Shown: positions 41,347-52,779 of the stretch, piece after piece
Position numbering within the stretch: position 1 is the stretch's first letter
Layout: every line of letters begins with the position of its first letter
Source of the DNA: an uncultured Gemmatimonadaceae bacterium
GTDB lineage: Bacteria > Gemmatimonadota > Gemmatimonadetes > Gemmatimonadales > Gemmatimonadaceae
DNA length: 64,000 nt
NCBI GenBank assembly: GCA_963829055.1
Contig: CAWHHI010000020.1
Span: forward strand, 352,001-416,000
Direction: 5' to 3'
Translations under genes and position numbers: made by a program
Notes under the pieces: model-generated
Told to the model about the DNA's origin: nothing
Seen by the model: only the letters and a program-made list of their open reading frames with translations
Databases searched by the model: none

Positions 41347-44300
41347 ATGCCCCCTCCCTCGACCATCGACGCACGCCAGGTTGAATCCGGCTGGCGACGC
41401 GCGCACGCCCCGGGTACGCCTGGCGCTGGCATGCGTGGCGGTGGCCGTGGCGTATTACGCCGGTGCGAAGGCCGGGTTCGTACTCACGCCGAAGACGCAG
41501 CCCGTCTCGACGCTCTGGCCACCTAACGCGATTCTGATGGGCGCGCTGCTGCTCGCGCCAGCCCGGGCGTGGTGGCCGTCCTCCTGCTCGCGGCTCTCCC
41601 CGCGCACCTCGCCGTGGAGTTAGGCAGCGGAGTGCCGTTCGGGATGGTGCTGTCGTGGTTCGTCAGCAATTCGGCCGAAGCGCTGATCGGTGCGGCCATC
41701 GTCCGCCGCTTCATCAAGCCTCCGCTGCAGTTCGACACCTTTCGCAGCGTCGGGATTTTCGTGGTGGGCGCGGCGCTCGTCGCGCCGTTCGCTCTCCTCG
41801 TTCCTGGATGCCGCGTTCGTGCAGTGGAACGCGTGGGGAACCGCCGGCTACTGGGAAGTATGGCACGTCCGATTCTTCTCGAACGTCCTCACGATCCTGA
41901 TCATCGTGCCGGTGATCGTTTCGTGGGACCAGTCGGAACGCTGCAGTCGCTTCGCGCGATCACGGCTCGTCGGGCGCTCGAAGCGGGCCTGCTCGTCTCC
42001 ACGCTCCTCGTCGTGTCCACCATCGTGTTCGTGCGGCCGGCGTTAGGCGGCCCACGTGACGCGTGGCGCTGCTGGCCGCCCCGTTGCCATTTCTGCTGTG
42101 GGCCGCCCTCCGATTCGGACCGGCGGGCGCGAGCGGATGCCTGCTGGTAGTCGCCGTGCTCTCGGTGTGGGGTGCGATCCATGGGCAGGGTCCGTTCGTC
42201 GGCCTATCCGATCGCTGACTACGTCCTCTCGCTCCAGCTGTTCCTGATCGTCACGTATATCCCGATCTTCGCGCTCACGGCCGCCATTCGCGAATGCGTC
42301 AGAGCGGAGGAAGCCGCTCGGCGCAGCGAGGAGCGGCTCACGCTGTCGTTGAGCGCTGCACAGGTTGGCGCGTGGGACTGGAACATTCCGGCGGCCATCC
42401 GACAGGCGCCCGAGAGCACGAACGGACTGTTCGGCCAGCCCGCGACGGGCAACGGGGCGACCAACGGGAAGATCGATCACCCGGCGTTTCTCGACACGGT
42501 GAACGCCGACGACCGGCTGATCGTTCGTCGACGGCATCAGCGACGCCATCGAATACGCGAAGCCCTACGAGGTCGAGTTCCGCACCGCCGGCTCGAACGG
42601 AGCGATGCGGTGGATGTTGAGCAAGGGGACGGTCGTTCGCGACGGGACAGGTCGTCCGATCCGCATGGTCGGCGTCAATGCCGACATCACGGACGCGGAA
42701 GCGGGCCGAAGACGTCCTGCGGCAGCGAAGCCATGCGCGAGGAGAGTGACGCGCGGCTCCGGGCACTCGCGGACGCGATGCCGCAGATCGCGTTCACGGC
42801 GCGTCCCGATGGCGTGATCGACTACTTCAACGGAAAGTGGTACGAGTTCACCGGGCATGCCGAGGGATCAGGTCATCGACGAGACGCTGGGTCAACGTCA
42901 TCCACCCGAGTGGATCGGAATGGATGCGTGGAATCCTGGCACCAGGACGTCTCCAGGGGACGGCCGCACGAGCACGAGGGTCGCTTCTGGAACGCGCGGA
43001 CGGGTCGCTACCGATGGTTCCTCGCGCGCGCGCTTCCCGTGCGTGACGAGTCAGGCGCCATCATCCGCTGGTACGGCACGGCGACCGACATCGAGGATCA
43101 AAAACGCACGGAACACGCGCTGCGCGAGAGCGAAGGCAGCCTGCGCACCTTGCGATCGGAGCTCGAGTACCGCGTGTCGGAAGCGGACGCTGGCGCTCAG
43201 GCGATCGAACGTGACGCTGCACGAGGAGATCGACACTGCGCGTGCGAATCGAGCAGGCGCTTCGCGCGTCGGAGGAACGATTCGCCAAGGCGTTTCGCGC
43301 GAGCCTCGACGCCATCTCCATCTCGCAGCCATCCGGACGCGCGCATCCTCGAGATCAACGAGCGGCGCGAAGCGATGTTCGGGTATCGCGCGCGACGAGG
43401 TGATCGGGCGGACGATCGACGAGCTCGCAGATCTTCGCGCACCAGAAGAGACCGAAAGCGATTTCTCCGAGCTCATGCGAAGTCGCACGGGAATGTGCAC
43501 GAGCTCGAGCTCGACATGAGACACAAGAACGGCACGCTGCTGCGAGCCGTGCTGTCGGCGGAGACGGTCGAGGTTGGAGGCGATCCGTGCCTCATCATGA
43601 TGGTTCGCGACATCACGGAGCGTCAGCGCGCGGAGCGGAAGATCGCCGAGCAGCAGCGCGAGCTCGCGCACCTCGGCCGCGTCGCGATGCTCGGCGAATT
43701 GTCTGGGGCGCTGGCGCACGAGCTCAATCAGCCGCTCGCCGCCATTCTGGCGAATGCGCCGTGCGGCGCAGCGCCTGCTGACGCGCGGTGACGTCGATCA
43801 GACCGAGTTGCGCGCGATTCTCGATGACATCGTGTCTGACGATCGGCGGGCGGGAGAGGTGATCCGCCGCGTCCGGGCCATGCTTCGGAAGGACGAGACC
43901 GAGCTGCAACCGATCGCGCCGAACGATATCGTGACCGATGTGCTCGAGCTGGCGCACAGTGATCTGATTCAGCGCGGCGTGATCGTTTCGACGGACCTCG
44001 CGCCGTCGTTGCCGTATGTGCTGGCCGACGGTGTGCAGCTGCAGCAGGTGATGTTGAATCTGATCGTCAACGCGTGCGACGCGATGACGGAGTACCCGCC
44101 CGACGAGCGGATTCTGACCATATCGACGGGGCACGATCGGCACCACCGTCCGCGTGTCCGTCACCGACAACGGGACCGGTCTCACCAGTGAGCGGCTCGA
44201 GACCGTGTTTCAGCCCTTCGTGACGTCGAAGCGTCACGGGCTCGGCCTCGGCCTCACGATCTGTCGATCGATCGTCGAGGCGCACGGTGGGCGCATGTAG

Positions 44301-44414
44301 GCCGCCAACAACGTCGGCCGCGGCGCGACGTTTCACGTGGTGTTGCCGGCGTCATCGGAGCAGGGTCGGCCCACGGCCATGGCCCCGGCCGAGTCGGCAC
44401 CGGCAGCGCTGTAG
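41347..44414 (+). pseudogene. MASE1 multi-PAS histidine kinase with many frameshifts and an in-frame TAG (true pseudogene or assembly error)
   Basis: STLWPPNAIL MASE1 start, PAS/PAC (YRWFLARA..IIRWYGT), LAHELNQPL, QLQQVMLNL; HGGRM*AANN with TAG at 44298. Confidence 0.75.
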
Positions 44415-44432
44415 CGCGGCGGGCGCGCTCGG

Positions 44433-46592
44433 TCAGTTTCGGCGCGCGTTGCCTAACGGGATGGCGACGATGAACGCCGCCCCACCGGCCGTCGGATCAC
44501 TCTCGCACCAGATGACGCCGCCGTGCGCCTCGACGATCGTGCGGCTGATGGACAGGCCCACACCGAGGCCGTTCTTCTTCGAGGTGATGAACGGCTCGAA
44601 GATCGCCGCCTGGCGCTCGAGAGCGACGCCGGGTCCCGTGTCGCGGACCGTGAGGACGGCCGTATGCGTCGCGGCACGTGCGGTCTCGATGCGGACGAGC
44701 CGCTCGGCGTCCGGCGGCTGATCGGTGACCGCCTCGAGGGCGTTGAGCACGAGGTTCAGCGCGACCTGCTGCAGCTGCACGCGGTCGCCGACTACGATGA
44801 GTGGTTCGTGCGTGAGAACGAATCGGATCTCGACGCGGCGACGGATGCGTGTCGTGCCTAACGATTTGCACGGCTTCGCGCACCACCGTGTTGAGGTCGA
44901 TCGGTCCCCGCTCCACCTCGTCCTTCCTGGCGAATGCCCGCATGCGCTGGATCACCTCACCGGCGCGGCGGCCGTCGGCCGCGAGCTGATGGAGAATCTC
45001 TCGCACCGCCTCGGGATCGCGCGGCTGGGCGTCGAGCACCCGCATGGCGGTCTGAGAGTTGATGAGGATTGCCGTGAGCGGTTGACGGATCTCGTGCGCC
45101 AGCGCCGCGGCCAGCTCGCCGACCGTGGTCGTGCGCGCAACGTGCGCGAGCTCGCGGCTGCGCTGGGCAGTCGCCAGCTCGGCCGCCCTGAGCTCGGTGA
45201 TGTCCGTGACTGTACCGACGAGCCGTCCGGATTCCGGTTCATCGGGTAGCCGAGGCGCGGCACGGTCTCGAAACCAGCGCACGTTTCCATTGACGTCGAG
45301 CATCCGGAAGTCGAACGGCTCTGTCGGCGCCGTCATCTCTGCCCTGCCGTCGCGCGTTCCACACCTGGTGCAGCGCCGCGGTGTCATCGGGATGCACCTG
45401 CCGCCACCACCAGCCGGGCGACTCCATGTCCGACGCGGCGAGACCGAGGAGCCTGCCTAACGGGCCATCGGTGCTCACCGCGTCCGACGTCGGGATCATG
45501 GGCGTAGACGAACACGCCTCCCGCTTGCGTGGCGAGCGCGTATCGCGCGTCGTTCTGCGTCAACTGCGAGGTGACACGCCGGCGTTCGTCGATCGCGACC
45601 GCGAGAAAGAGCAGCGGGGTGGCCAGCGCGAGCAACACCAGTTGCTGCGCGACGATGCCAGTGGTCGTCGACGGTGAGCGAAAGGGCGGGACCCCGTGCA
45701 CCGCACCTCCTATGGCGACGCAGGCTCCGATCAGAAGCGCCGACGCCGCGCCCGCCAGCCCGAACCTGAGTGCAGCGATCATCACGAGCACGATCGGAGC
45801 GCACAGCACGATGGCGCGACCAACCACGTCGTCTGGCGATCGCATGAACAGCAGTGCGGCCAACAGCGCGGCAGCTCCGCCAAGGCAGAGCGCCTCGATC
45901 ACGCGCGCCCATCGTATGACCGACTGCGATTCGGTAGCGAACGTGCTGCTTCACCGTGGCGTGTGCGGCGAGTCCCACAGGCACGACGATCAGATAGGCC
46001 AGCGTATGACCCAGGATGGCGATCAGCCCGGGTGTCGAGTCGCCGGCCCCGAACGCCGTCCGCATTGCCTGGCGCGACGGGAAGGTCGATCTGAAACAGC
46101 GCCGCCGATCCGAGGAACACGAGCATTGGCGACACGCACGCGATGATCGTGAAGGCACCGATGGAGCCCACTGTATCGAGCCCCCACTTCAGGTCTACGT
46201 ACCGTCGTATCAGGGTGGCGGCGAGGACCGTGCTCGCCGCGTCGACCGCGAACGATGCGAGGATGTACGCGACGGATGCGTCCTGTCCGACCGACGTCAC
46301 CCAGCGGCCGACGAGCGCGGACGCGAGCACCGCCCACCAGCGAGCCGGCGGTGTGAGCAGGAGCGCAACCAGCACGAACGCGCTGGGAATGGACAGCGCT
46401 GGCGGGAACTGCGGCACCGACAGGTTCGCCTGCGTGAACCGTGGCGGCGATCGCGTAGGACACGGCGAACGCCGCCACGTTGCGTGCGAAGCGCAGCAGC
46501 TCGGGCCCATCGATCGCGCTGGGCTCGACGTTGGGGCGACGCATGGGCGTAGCCAAGCGAGACATGGGCGGAGCCAAGGGTATGCGTGCCAT
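44433..46592 (-). CDS. MASE1-PAS histidine kinase (several frameshifts)
   Basis: TM region (PARWW, AALRFG), VHPDD, LAHEIRQPL, QLQQVALNL, GLGVGLSISRTIVEAHGG across ORFs 45899, 45384, 44497 and 44433. Confidence 0.82.
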
Positions 46593-46596
46593 CTCG

Positions 46597-46719
46597 TTAG
46601 GCCTGCGCCATAACGAGTGCCGCGAACGCGTACACGAACCCGAGGCCGATCCAGAGCGCGGCGGCCGGCTCTATCATGAGTCGCATCCACTGCAGCGCTT
46701 GCGCGAACTGGCTTTCCAT
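46597..46719 (-). CDS. Putative 40-aa single-TM peptide
   Basis: MESQFAQALQWMRLMIEPAAALWIGLGFVYAFAALVMAQA fills the gap between FGE and the kinase. Confidence 0.4.
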   Translation of the reverse strand: MESQFAQALQWMRLMIEPAAALWIGLGFVYAFAALVMAQA

Positions 46720-46756
46720 AACGGTCGAGCGCCTCGTGCTCGTGGAGTGTACGGAC

Positions 46757-47734
46757 TCAGGGCTCCGGAACGCGGAGAATACACCGGAATCCAACGTGAC
46801 TGGCCGAGGTGTCGATCGGCTCCGGAAAGCGCGCCGCTGGCCGGTAGCGCTGGCAGTAGTTCGGCGAGCAGAGATGCGACCCACCCTTCAGCACCTTTCG
46901 CGGAATGTTCGCGGTGTCGCGCGTCGTCGCAACTCGCCCGCCCGTCGTCGTGCGAGCAACACGCCTTCGCTCGGTTCGGCCGAGTGACGGGGACGATACC
47001 AGTCGGTGGTCCACTCCCACACGTTGCCGATCATGTCGTGGACACCGTACGCGTTAGGCGGGAAGGCGTCCACCGGCGATGTGAAGTCGTAGCCGTCGCG
47101 CCCGCTCGTTCTGCCATGGGAACTCACCCTGCCACGTATTCGCGCGATGACGCCCGTCAGGCACCAGCTCATCACCCCAGGCGTACTCGGCGTCGTGAAG
47201 TCCACCACGAGCCGCACGCTCCCACTCCACTTCGGTCGGCAGTTCCTTTCCGGCCCACAGCGCGTACGCCGCCGCGTCACCGTAGGTCACGTGCACGACG
47301 GGATGGCGGTGCAGGCCCTCGAGGCTGCTCGATGTGCCGCGCGGGTGGCGCCATTGCGCGCCCCGCGTGAACGACCACCACTGTCGCGAGTCGTGCAACG
47401 GGACGCGTACCGGCGGTTTCGTGAATACGAGCGAGCCCGCATACATCATCTCCGGGAGCGCGCCAGGATAGTCCGCCGGGTTCGGCGGCAGCTCGGCGAA
47501 CGTCACGTACCCGGTGTCATCGACGAAGCGACTGAATTGCTCGTTCGTCACGGGATACGGATCGATCCAGAATCCGTTCACCGTCGCGTCATGGGCGGGC
47601 CCTTCCTCGGAATAGTGGCGGTCCGATCCCATGCGAAACGTGCCGCTCGGGACCCAGATCATGTCGGCAGTCGATGCGCGTCCTGGCCGGACGAACTCGG
47701 CCGGTGCTTGAAGCATCGCGAGCAGGTTGCTCAT
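46757..47734 (-). CDS. Formylglycine-generating enzyme (SUMF1 family; frameshifted)
   Basis: [68 protein letters not shown]. Confidence 0.92.
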
Positions 47735-47789
47735 AGTTGGGCCTTCAGGGTGCGCAAACGACGATGCACCCCTTGGGGAAGCGGACCCA

Positions 47790-47835
47790 TTGGACCTTGG
47801 AGCAACACATGGCCGGTGCCTAACCAAAGGTCCAA
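47790..47835. promoter_or_regulatory. Two class B operators in a divergent promoter
   Basis: TTGGAC-CTTG-GAGCAA (47790) and CTAACC-AAAG-GTCCAA (47820). Confidence 0.6.
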
Positions 47836-47930
47836 TGTCGTCGCGCCCAAGCTGCGCACCACTCTGCGGCATGCACGCGAGCTCGCATCGAGCTTGACGA
47901 GAGCGTGCCGATCCCAACGCCCGTTGGCGA

Positions 47931-50275
47931 ATGATTCGATCGCGCGCGGCCGCTCTGACGTTGCTCTATCTGCTCGTCGTGTGCGCTGTCGGAATGCTGC
48001 ACCCGGTTCGCAACGCGCTCGTGCTCGGCGCTCTCGGTGGAAGCGGCTTCTACAAGGTGTATCTCGCGAGCGCGCTGGTGGCGTTCGCCATCGTGCCGTT
48101 CAATCGTCTGGCCGCCCGCATCCCGCAGCAGCGCCTAACGCCGGCGGTCGCCACATTCTTCGCCGTCAACCTGGTCCTGTTCCGGGTGTTCTTCCCGGGT
48201 GGTGTGCTGTTCGGCGTGCTGTTCTACGCCTGGCACGACTTCTACGCCGGCATCCTCATCTCGCAGTTCTTCCTCGCCACGTCCGAGGTCCTCGACCAGC
48301 GCAATGCGAAGAAGGCGCTCCCGGTCATCATCGCTGCCGGGTCGGTCGGCGCGGCGATAGGCGGCGCGGTCACAGGGTTTCTTGCCCCGGCGATCGGCGT
48401 AGCCAACCTGCTCCTCATCGCGGCCGCATTGACGTTCATCTTCGCCATCGCGTTACCCGCGATTACCGGTGGGGCGACGCCCAAGTCCGATTCACACGTG
48501 CGCGTTGTCGAACCTACCCTTCGCGCGCCCATCCGCGACGTCGTCAGAAACCGCCAGGTGCAGCTCATCGCCGGGACTGTCGTGCTGACCGTGCTCGTCA
48601 AGCAGATCGTCGACTACCAGTTCAACACCGCCACGCGCGTCGCTCGGCGACCGCGAAGCGGTCAGCACCTTCCAGGGAAAGTTCAACGCCGCGACGCAAT
48701 GTCTGCCGCTGCGTAGCCGCGCTGGCCATTCGTCCCGCACTCGCGCAATGGGGCGTGGGGGCCGCGCTACTCATGCTCCCGGCAGGCATGATCGTGACGA
48801 ACCTGATTGTCGGCTGGCGCGGTGGACTCGGCCCCGCCGCGCTCGCGAAGGGTACAGAAATGACACTGCGGTATTCCGCCGAGCGGACCGGGCGCGAGAT
48901 CCTGTACATGCCGGTGTCAGCAACGATCCGCGCGCGAGCGAAGCCGATCATCGACGTCGGGTTGGAGAGTGGACTGGCCAAGGCGTTGAGCGCCGGGGTG
49001 ATCTTCGTGCTGCTCGCGACCGTCGGTCCGAGCCGCCTGGCGTGGTCGTGTGTCGCGCTGTCAGTCATCTGGCTCGGCGCCGCGGTCGCGCAGCGTCGAG
49101 TGTACGTGCGGTCGCTCGCCAGCGCGGTGCGCGTCCCGATGACCGGACTCGCCGAGCTGTCGGCCACGCTCAACGAGCCGGCCATGCAGGAGGTAGTTAG
49201 GCAGACACTCGCCAGTGGCACTCCGGCGCAGATCGCATTCATCCGCGATCTGCTGGCGGAGTCCGCGACGCCGACCGCGCGATCGAGCGACCCGGCCGAG
49301 GGAGCGGATGGTCTTCTCGACACCGCCGCTGACGGCGCACTCGAGCTTCCGGTGCGAACTGCCGCGCTGCACAAGCTTCGCCGATTGCGCACCGTTGAGC
49401 CGACGACCAACATCGCCCGCGACGTCGTCCAGCGCATCATCGGCACGCACCTCGACGCAGCGGAACGCTACCGAGCCGCCGGTGCGACGCTCCAGCGGAG
49501 TACCGCACCGACCGAACGCGATCGCCTGCTGCAACGCGCGATCATCGAAGCGTGGCAAACGCGCCAGACAGCCGTGTTCGACGGGCTCGGAGTGATCCAC
49601 GAGTCTCGCGTCGTCGAGGGATGCTACCGTGCGATCACCGGCAGCAACGAGCGGCATCGTGCCTCGGCGTTGGAGCTGATCGAGGAAGCAGGTTCGCGAC
49701 AGTGGGTGCGGCGACTCGACCCCATCCTCCGTGCCACGCCCGACTACAGCTCGTACCCCACGATTGGCGATCGCAGCGAGGTCATCGCCGAGCTCCAGAA
49801 TGACGACGACTGGTGGGTCGCGCAGTGTGCCGCCTATTCCGCGAACGCCGCCGGGGGACACGAGACGATGCAGATCATCGAGCGGGTTTTCTTACTCCAG
49901 CGCGTCGACATCTTCGCTGCGACGGCCAGTCAACATCTCGCGCGTATCGCGCTCGTCACGCGGGAGGTCGAAGCAGACGACGGAGCCGTGCTGCTCCATG
50001 CGGACCAGCCGGCCGACGCGATGTATGTCGTCATCGACGGTGAGCTCCGCGCCAGTGCCAGAGGAGCAACGAGGTCCATCACCGCTGGTGAGGCGGTTGG
50101 CGCACTCGCGTTGCTCGATGATACGCCGCTCGCGCTCGACGTCCGGGCGGTGAAGAACAGTCGTCTGTTGCGCCTAACGAAGCGTGATCTCCACGACCTC
50201 CTGCACGATCACCCTGATCTTGCCGTGTCGCTCCTGCACGGCATGGCGACCCGCCTGCGAGGAATGGCATCATGA
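47931..50275 (+). CDS. Npt1/TLC ATP/ADP-translocase-like MFS transporter with helical repeat region and C-terminal cNMP-binding domain (frameshift near 48640)
   Basis: LHPVRNALVL; QFF...DQRNAKKALPVI..GSVGAAIGG; LRYSAERTGREILYMPV...AKPIIDV; C-terminal IERVFLLQRVDIF...MYVVIDG...GEAVGALALLD. Confidence 0.8.
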
Positions 50276-51223
50276 GACGTCTCGTATTGGTCGTTGGCGG
50301 CCTCCTGGCCTCGGGCGTAGCTGCGCACGTTGGGGCGCAGGACGCGAACATCATGCTGCCGGCGGCGCGAGTGGAAGCGCTGCTGCGCGAGGGCCCGATC
50401 AAGCCGGTGGCGAACGAGGGGTCGCGGTACCACGGGGACCGGACCGAGCACGTGCTGCTGTCCTTCGACGATACCACGACGTTCGAGGTGAAGTGGGCGG
50501 TATCGGCTCCCGGCGGCGAGGCATTCAACAATCAACCGCGGTACGAGACCGCTGCGTACCTGCTGCAAAAGCTCTTTCTCGACGAGCGCGACTACGTCGT
50601 GCCGCCCACCGCCCTGCGCATGCTCCCGCAGGCCGCGTTCATCGAGGGGCTCCGTGGTGAGCGAACGTTCGCCGATGACCCATACGTGCTCGTCGCGCTG
50701 CAATACTGGACGGCGGATGTGACGAGTGACGGCGTGTTCGACAAGAAACGCGCCGAGCGCGACTCGGTGTACGCTCGGCACCTCGGCGACCTGAACATCC
50801 TCACCTACCTGATTCGGCAGCGCGACGCGAACAAGGGGAACGTGCTGATCGCGACCGACTCCACCAGGCCGCGGCTGTTCGCTGTCGATAACGGCGTAGC
50901 GTTCGAGAGCCAGCCGAGCAACCGTGGCACCGATTGGCAGTACATGCGAGTGTCGCGAGTCAGCGCGGCGACGGCTGCTCGCCTCCGGACGATCACCGAG
51001 GCGAACCTGGTGCAAGCGCTCGCGGTCGTGGCGCAGTTCGAGCGGCGCGGGTCAGACTACGTCGCCGGCGGCGCTCGGTGAGAGCCTCGACAAGAAACGT
51101 GGCGTGCGTCGCACGGCGACCGCGCTGCAACTCGGACTGACGTCGTCCGAGATCGAGGGAGTTCAAACCCGGCTCCGCAGCCTGCTCAAGGACATCGACC
51201 GCGGGAAGATCAAGACGTTCTAG
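50272..51223 (+). CDS. Secreted atypical kinase-fold protein (Fam20/PI4K-like; frameshift near 51070)
   Basis: Signal peptide; VKW, ETAAYLLQKLFL...VVPPT, YLIRQRDANKGNVL, AVDNGVAF; ATGA overlap with the transporter stop. Confidence 0.65.
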
Positions 51224-51261
51224 GCACGCATGGCCTAGGCACGCGTGGCGGACGGGGCTGG

Positions 51262-51645
51262 TCAGCGCAGCGATCGAGCGTGCACGACACGCCGCACGAG
51301 GGCGAGGAGTTGATCGCCGTCGAACGGCTTCCGTAAATACCCATCCGGGCCCGCACGGCGTTCCAGCTCGGCCGAGGACACCTCGTCGTGCGCGGTGATG
51401 AAGACGATCGATACCCGAGATCCTGACGCGATCAGGCGATCCTGGAGGTCGAACCCACTCATGCTGCCCAAGTGCACATCGAGCACGAGACACGTCGGCT
51501 CGCGTTCGAGCGCGGCGCTCAGGTACTCGTGTGCGGACGCATACGTCTCGACGGCGATGCCGGCGGTGCGCAGCACGCGACCCAGCGCCGAGCGCACCGA
51601 CGGATCATCATCGACGATGGCAACCCATCGGTCGTTCGGCGCCAT
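51262..51645 (-). CDS. Single-domain response regulator
   Basis: IVDDDPSVR, CLVLDVHL, FITAHD, YLRKPF. Confidence 0.9.
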   Translation of the reverse strand: MAPNDRWVAIVDDDPSVRSALGRVLRTAGIAVETYASAHEYLSAALEREPTCLVLDVHLGSMSGFDLQDRLIASGSRVSIVFITAHDEVSSAELERRAGPDGYLRKPFDGDQLLALVRRVVHARSLR

Positions 51646-51866
51646 CTCCGCTCCGCTCGCTCTCGCAGCGTCGCGTGGCGGCTCTCCATGCTGTGGCATC
51701 AGGTGACCAGCTCCCCGCGCCCCGCCGCTGCGGCCTAACGCGAGTCGGCCGACGAAGGAGGCACGCCATTGCCGTTAGGCAGATCGACGCGAATGTCATG
51801 CGTGGCCGCGCGCAGCCCGCCAGCAAGGGTAGGAGGCTTCGGGCGACGCGCCCATTATACCTTCGG

Positions 51867-52623
51867 TCAATCGGCGTGCGCGTGCAGGGCGTGGTGGGCG
51901 TGCTCGCGCGTGAACCCGACCGCGTTGGAGAACCCCAGGGGACCGCTGTCGAACGTTGGCGGCAGCGCCACGGGCACGTCGCGCCACGTCGCGCGATCGA
52001 ACTGGTCACTCGCGCGATCGAACAGGTCCATCGCCCGAACGAGGTCGGCGAGCGAGCCCGCGTGCATCTTCCGCATGACGCGGGAGCGATGGACCTTCAC
52101 CGTCTGTTCGCACATCCCGAGCTCGGCGGCGATCTGCTTGTTGAGCCGGCCCGCGACGACGCGATGGCAGACCTCGTGCTCTCGCGGAGTCAGCGTGTCG
52201 TACACCGATTTGATCTCGGCGACCCGACGACGCGTCGTATCGGACAGCGAGCTCTCGCTTGATGGCGCGGCGCACCGCATTGAGCACCGCCTCCTCCTCC
52301 ACCGGCTTGAGGAGAAAGTCCTCCGCGCCGGCCTTCATCGCCTGCACGCTGGTCGTCACGTCATCGCTTCCGGTGACGAATACCGTGGCGATGTCACGCC
52401 CGGACTGTATGAGCGCGTTCTTGACCTCGAGCCCCGTCATATCGGGCATCCGAACGTCGAGGAGCAGACAGGCTGCTTTCCCGGTGGTTCCGTGCTCGAG
52501 GAAGTCAGTGCCGCTGTCGAACGTGGCTACCTGGTAGCCCGCCGTGATGAGAAGCCAGCGGAGGGAACGTCTGACGGACTCGTCGTCGTCGACAACCAGG
52601 ACGAGTCGCTGAACATCATCCAT
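51867..52623 (-). CDS. FixJ/NodW-family response regulator (frameshift near 52240)
   Basis: VVDDDESVRRSL...AMKAGAEDFLLKP; LTPREHEV..LNKQIA..EQTVKVHRSRVMRKM. Confidence 0.88.
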
Positions 52624-52779
52624 AACGTGAGCTCCCGCGAGGCATAGGACATTACGACGGCACGCCAGTGGCGGCCCGCCATGTGCGCGCGTCGGTATCT
52701 CGTTCGGAGCTACGATGGTAAGAATCGGTCAATGTGGCTACGTCCCAAAGGTCCAACTCAGGGACAGCAGAAGCGCGGG

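Noticed and set aside
44298..44300. Amber recoding (pyrrolysine or alternative code)
   Set aside because: It is a single TGG>TAG in an error-rich gene; TAG is used as a normal stop elsewhere (e.g. 6640, 14423, 15049).
47147..50275. 1042-aa single ORF
   Set aside because: The N-terminal half is an antisense shadow of FGE plus out-of-frame transporter; the real gene starts at 47931 and has a frameshift.
12939..51780. Integron attC array: GCCTAAC/GTTAGGC equal the RYYYAAC/GTTRRRY core sites, with close pairs at 12939-13027 and 51733-51780 and some genes ending in GCC-TAA-C
   Set aside because: Most copies lie inside coding sequence, the pairs lack internal attC stems, genes are not arranged as co-oriented cassettes and no integrase is present.
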